Below are positions 56,100 through 64,000 of a DNA stretch of 64,000 nt, piece by piece. Position 1 is the stretch's first letter. Each line of letters opens with the position of its first letter. The translations under genes and the position numbers were made by a program. The stretch lies in assembly GCF_009914755.1 (NCBI RefSeq), contig NC_060930.1. One strand, given 5' to 3'. A model generated the notes under the pieces. The model was given only the letters and a program-made list of their open reading frames with translations. It did not search any database and was not told the origin of the DNA. The stretch is from the human T2T-CHM13v2.0 reference genome, Homo sapiens.

Positions 56100-57510
56100 G
56101 AAGAAATACAGACTGGCAGTAGAAGGATGGTGAAGAAGTGGGGAAAGAGTCGATAGTTAAATCTCTTTACAAGGATTTGCTGTGCAGAGAAGAGAGTGAC
56201 TGTAAGGACTGGGGTCCGGCTGGGATTCCTGTCTGTGCCGTGCAATGGGCATGTGTGTACATGGGTGACATAGGAAATGCTGGGGCATATTTCCACAAAA
56301 ATATAAAAAATCCGACAAGAGAAAGGACTGCGACACAAAATAGAGTGTCATAAATTTCCTGGTATGTGTAGCAGGTGAAGTACTTTCTTCATATCACCAG
56401 AAGGGAAGAAGAGGATGGGTCGGTATACAGCAAAATCTGTTGGGTCACAGGCAGGAATTTTAGGATGTATCTGAGTGATGACTCTTAAAAAACTTCTGTC
56501 TGGTGGGAAGCAAGGTCAACCTCTGGAGAGAATGCTGGCCAGTGGAAGTCAGGCTGAGGTCAATGGAGAAGGTTGAAAACAGTCATTGTGGAGTGAGAGC
56601 AAAGTGAGTATAGGGCTATGGTCAGAATAAAGGGAAGTTCTCAAAGGCTGATGAGGTTGGGTACCATGCATTTTTATAGTAACCATCTGCCCAGTGTGTG
56701 TCTTTCCCAGCAACTGTCAGGTATTAGACAGACATGGAGAACAGGAAACACTCGACTTCTTCTGGGGCTGTGATTTTCCCCAATGATCAAAATTAAAAGG
56801 CTGAAGGGCAACTTCCGTTGAATATTGCAATAGAGTAGTTACTGCCTCTCTGTTGGAGAGGGAAGAAGCTGCTGGCAGGAAGGGCTGGTGGATGAGGTGG
56901 CGAACTCGTCAGCGGACGGGAGGTTCTGATAGGACAGGCATCTGCACTGTGGCTTTTTAACCAGCCTGGTTGGAGGACGGAAAATGGAGGCAAGAGAATG
57001 TGCTCAATGATTTTGTCAATTAGAAGTGATTAAGTTTCCAGGATGACAAAGTTTAGAATGACGGCTAATTTGGAGTAGAGATAAACATCACTGGAGATGA
57101 GGAGGCGAGGAACGAAGAGGTCAGGTGGTCAGATGTGTTTTTCAGGAGGATGTGGAAGATGCCGAGTAGATAGCAGGCATGGTAGTGATGAGGAAGACTG
57201 GCATGGATTCCAGCGACCCCTATGAGTGCACCGTAGTAACACAGGTGGAGTAGATGACAACTAAGAGGAGAGGAGAGGCGGCATCATCAGGTTGCATGAG
57301 ATTTAAAGAAGCAAATGTTTGTCCAGCTAATAGAAAGGCTGTGGTCAGAAAACTACCTGAAGAGGAAGGATGACCTGGCACTCAGGTCTCAGGGGCAAAG
57401 AGAGAGCAAATTGCTTCCACTTGAGAGGATCACAAAGGAAGTGGGTTCTCAGGAGCCATCAGATCCTAGTTAAGGAAAGCAAGAAGAATCTTGAGAGAAG
57501 AGTCAAAGGT
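56100..57510 (-). mobile_element. Probable highly diverged L2 remnants
   Basis: Purine-rich sequence with antisense L2-like character; no single diagnostic motif. Confidence 0.35.
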
Positions 57511-61229
<3,719 letters not shown>

Positions 61230-63589
61230 GCTTGAATTGAGCTAACTTTTCACAGTCATTTTTTAACCATAATGCTCATCTACCAAGCAATACAGGGGCA
61301 GTCGTGTTTATCACCTATGTTATAATTTTATTAGCTGCGGAATGCTTATTCGTATATGGATGTCAATGGCTACATGTATTGATTAAAACTCCCTTCCCAA
61401 TTATGTTACTATGGGAACAGCTAGAAACATTTCAAATGTTAATTACCTTTTGTTACACCTGGGTCACATTAGCAGTCACTGCATGGGAGGGGTGCTCGCT
61501 TTGTTTGGATTGGCATTCTGCCTCCTACACGGGGTTCAATTAACATTAGCTGAGACTATTTTTTAATTCAAAGAATATGCATATTGTCTTCATTATGAAG
61601 CCTAGAACATGATTTTCTCAGGTTGCCACATCAGTCAGATAGAGATACCGTGTAGTTTATAATCACAGCTAAGGCAGCTCAGCAGCGTGTTACATCCAAG
61701 AGGCTGACATACAGGAGAGATGTCATTTCCTTCTTAGTCTGCATCATTAAAAAGATCTTTTTTTCTTCTGAAGTCTTTCTCTTGGTTGCTCAACATTTCT
61801 TCACAGAAGGAATATGAAGGAAATAAAGTGATACATAGCAGGCGAAATCACGGAAGCAGGATTTTGTTTAGAAGAATGCAAGGCTGCACTGACTGACTAC
61901 AATTCAGAAGAGCTGCAGCTGCCAATGTCCTTTCTGCAATTCATTAACCTTATATGTACCTTTCCACTTTAAGGGATTTTTTCCACTCAAGAAAAAAACA
62001 AAAGGAGAATGGAAAAAATTATAGAAATATGAAATGGGACTTACAATGAAATAGAATAATTTGCATATTTTTCTCAGGTAACATATTTTATAAGACAATT
62101 TCAATTCTTCCAGCTGCTGTCTTCAGAAGAGCTTAAATATAATTCTGGATATTATTTTCATTTAAAAGAAGATATTGGCTCACACTTCTTGCAGAAAGCT
62201 GAGGAGCCAGAACTTGACTTCGTATAACAGAGGTGAGAGTTATATCCGGAAAAGAACAATTCTCCCCCCCAAATTAGGACAAGTTCAACAATATCCTAAA
62301 TCACAGTGATTTTAAATACTTTTCATGCTTATAAGAGATTTTAAAATGAAACAGCAATCTGTGAGGTGTTGATAGCATGCAGTATGTAGCCAAGGTGACC
62401 CAAGGTCAGTGTCTCCTTCTAGATGCATCTGCAGGTAGTTAGCATTCGCCACCCACACACCTGGCCCAACAGGAACACTGACGAGGCATGCGCATACTGC
62501 TGATGAAATGCAGCCTGGTTTGCTCCAGAGCACATGTTTTCTAAAACACACGTGTAACTGATAGACTTAGCGACTGACTAGGTGTGAAGATAATATAAAA
62601 GTTGCATTAGTCATGAGCCAATTTCTCTGATGCACTCACGTTTTAAGTCACCGTGTAACAGCAGGTCTGTGCTATAACACAAAGGACTGTGACACAGGTG
62701 AACACAGCAAGACACCAGGAACACACTTGGATGCCCATCGGCCCCAGGTTTCTTCTGCTGGTCCTGTCTGGCCATGTGTTTGGGTTTGAAAGTGTCCAGA
62801 TTGCCTGGTTCTCCTGGATCTTCACGCAAAAGAAACGAGCACATGATGGTGACCTGGAACTCTCCTCGCTGGCGTCACTGCATTTTTGCAAAGCCTGTAA
62901 CTGTCCTGTCTGCATTCTGGGCTCCAAGGCTCAGTCCTCTGATCTTTCCTGACCTGTCCTTCCCCTAGGCTGCCTTCCTCTTTTTCCTTATTACAGTAAA
63001 GTTCTGTATGTACTGCAGCATATTCCATTTATTGGGAATTGAATATATTTCTTCTATGCCAGGATTTAAAATTAGGATTGTTAATATTGTGGTTTGTGCT
63101 CTGGTTACAGAATTTCTAAGGTTTGGGTGTTCTATCCCAGCACCATATTTTCTCAAAGCCTTGCTCTCTGCAGTGGGTGATTTTGCACAATGCAAACTTC
63201 TCAGGTACTTTCTTCTGAGCTCCAGGTCCCCATATCCAACATCTACTCAACATCTTATTCTGAGATGTTCACCTCAAACATGTGAGAATCAACATGTCAA
63301 CATGTCAATACCTCTTGCAGGATTTCCTAACTCCACAGATGGTATCCGTCCAATTGTGCAAGCCAAGAGCAAGGCGCCAGCTGGGACGTTTCCCATACCC
63401 AATCTATCATCATGTCCCATTAAATTTTACCAGTAGTGTTTCTCGAATGTGTCCGTTTCTCTTTGTCTCTGCTGCCACCTTCATCTTACACCTGAATCAC
63501 TGCAGCAGCCTCCTCCCTGGCCACAGCAGTCTATGAAACACTAATCTGAGCAGATCACCACCCTCCGCACAAACCCTTAGGGAACTAGA

Positions 63590-63930
63590 AGAAAAGTCGC
63601 TCAACTTGGTAAAGGCTACATTACAAAAACAACCAGTAAACATCACACTCAGTGGAGAAACTTTAAAATCAGAAGCAAAGATGCCCATTAACATCACAAC
63701 TGCTTAGCATGGTACTAAAGGTCCTTACAGACAAAAAAGAAGAAAGAAGCAAGAAGGAGAGAGTCAGAAAACAAAATAAATTAGTGGTATAAGATTTGGA
63801 AGGAAGATAAAAAACATCCTTATTGGCAGATGACACAATCCTAGACATAGACACTCCAACAGAATAGAGACTATTAAAACTAACGAGAGTTCAGTGATGT
63901 TGATGGATTTACAGTGGGCTTAAAAATTAC
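63590..63930 (+). mobile_element. Old L1M ORF2 fragment
   Basis: aaacatcacactcagtggagaaac..gatgcccattaacatcacaactgc..ttattggcagatgacacaatc, an RT-region-like (FADD) motif. Confidence 0.6.
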
Positions 63931-63951
63931 TAGCAATTATCCTCACCTATT

Positions 63952-64000
63952 GATACAGACTGAATGTTTGTGTCTCCCCTAACTCTTATGTTGAAATCTA
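63952..64000 (+). mobile_element. Start of MLT1A/MST-type MaLR LTR (runs off window)
   Basis: tgatacagactgaatgtttgtgtctcccctaactcttatgttgaaatcta. Confidence 0.65.

Overview
Repeat-rich, GC-patchy primate genomic DNA, very likely human given the Alu, LTR12, MER66 and MER1B content. No intact protein-coding gene, RNA gene or CRISPR array is supported. The main feature is a ~3.7 kb intronless processed pseudogene of IGF2BP3 (IMP3/KOC) on the minus strand (~57511-61229). It has two nonsense changes and two frameshifts, and no visible poly(A) tail or target-site duplication. The rest is interspersed repeats: about 11 Alu-family SINEs, solo LTRs (LTR12, MER66, MLT1/MLT2, LTR40), old L1/L2/MIR fragments and hAT transposons (MER30, MER1B). 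There are also several tandem repeats, notably a 14x19-bp array grown from one arm of the MER1B internal hairpin and a 66-bp VNTR. The LTR orientation bias hints that the window lies inside a long intron of a minus-strand gene; from memory this could be RPS6KA2 at 6q27, which is unverified. I found no convincing new multi-gene system; the findings are local structural oddities and testable hypotheses. Repeat subfamily names come from recalled consensus sequences, not from a search.
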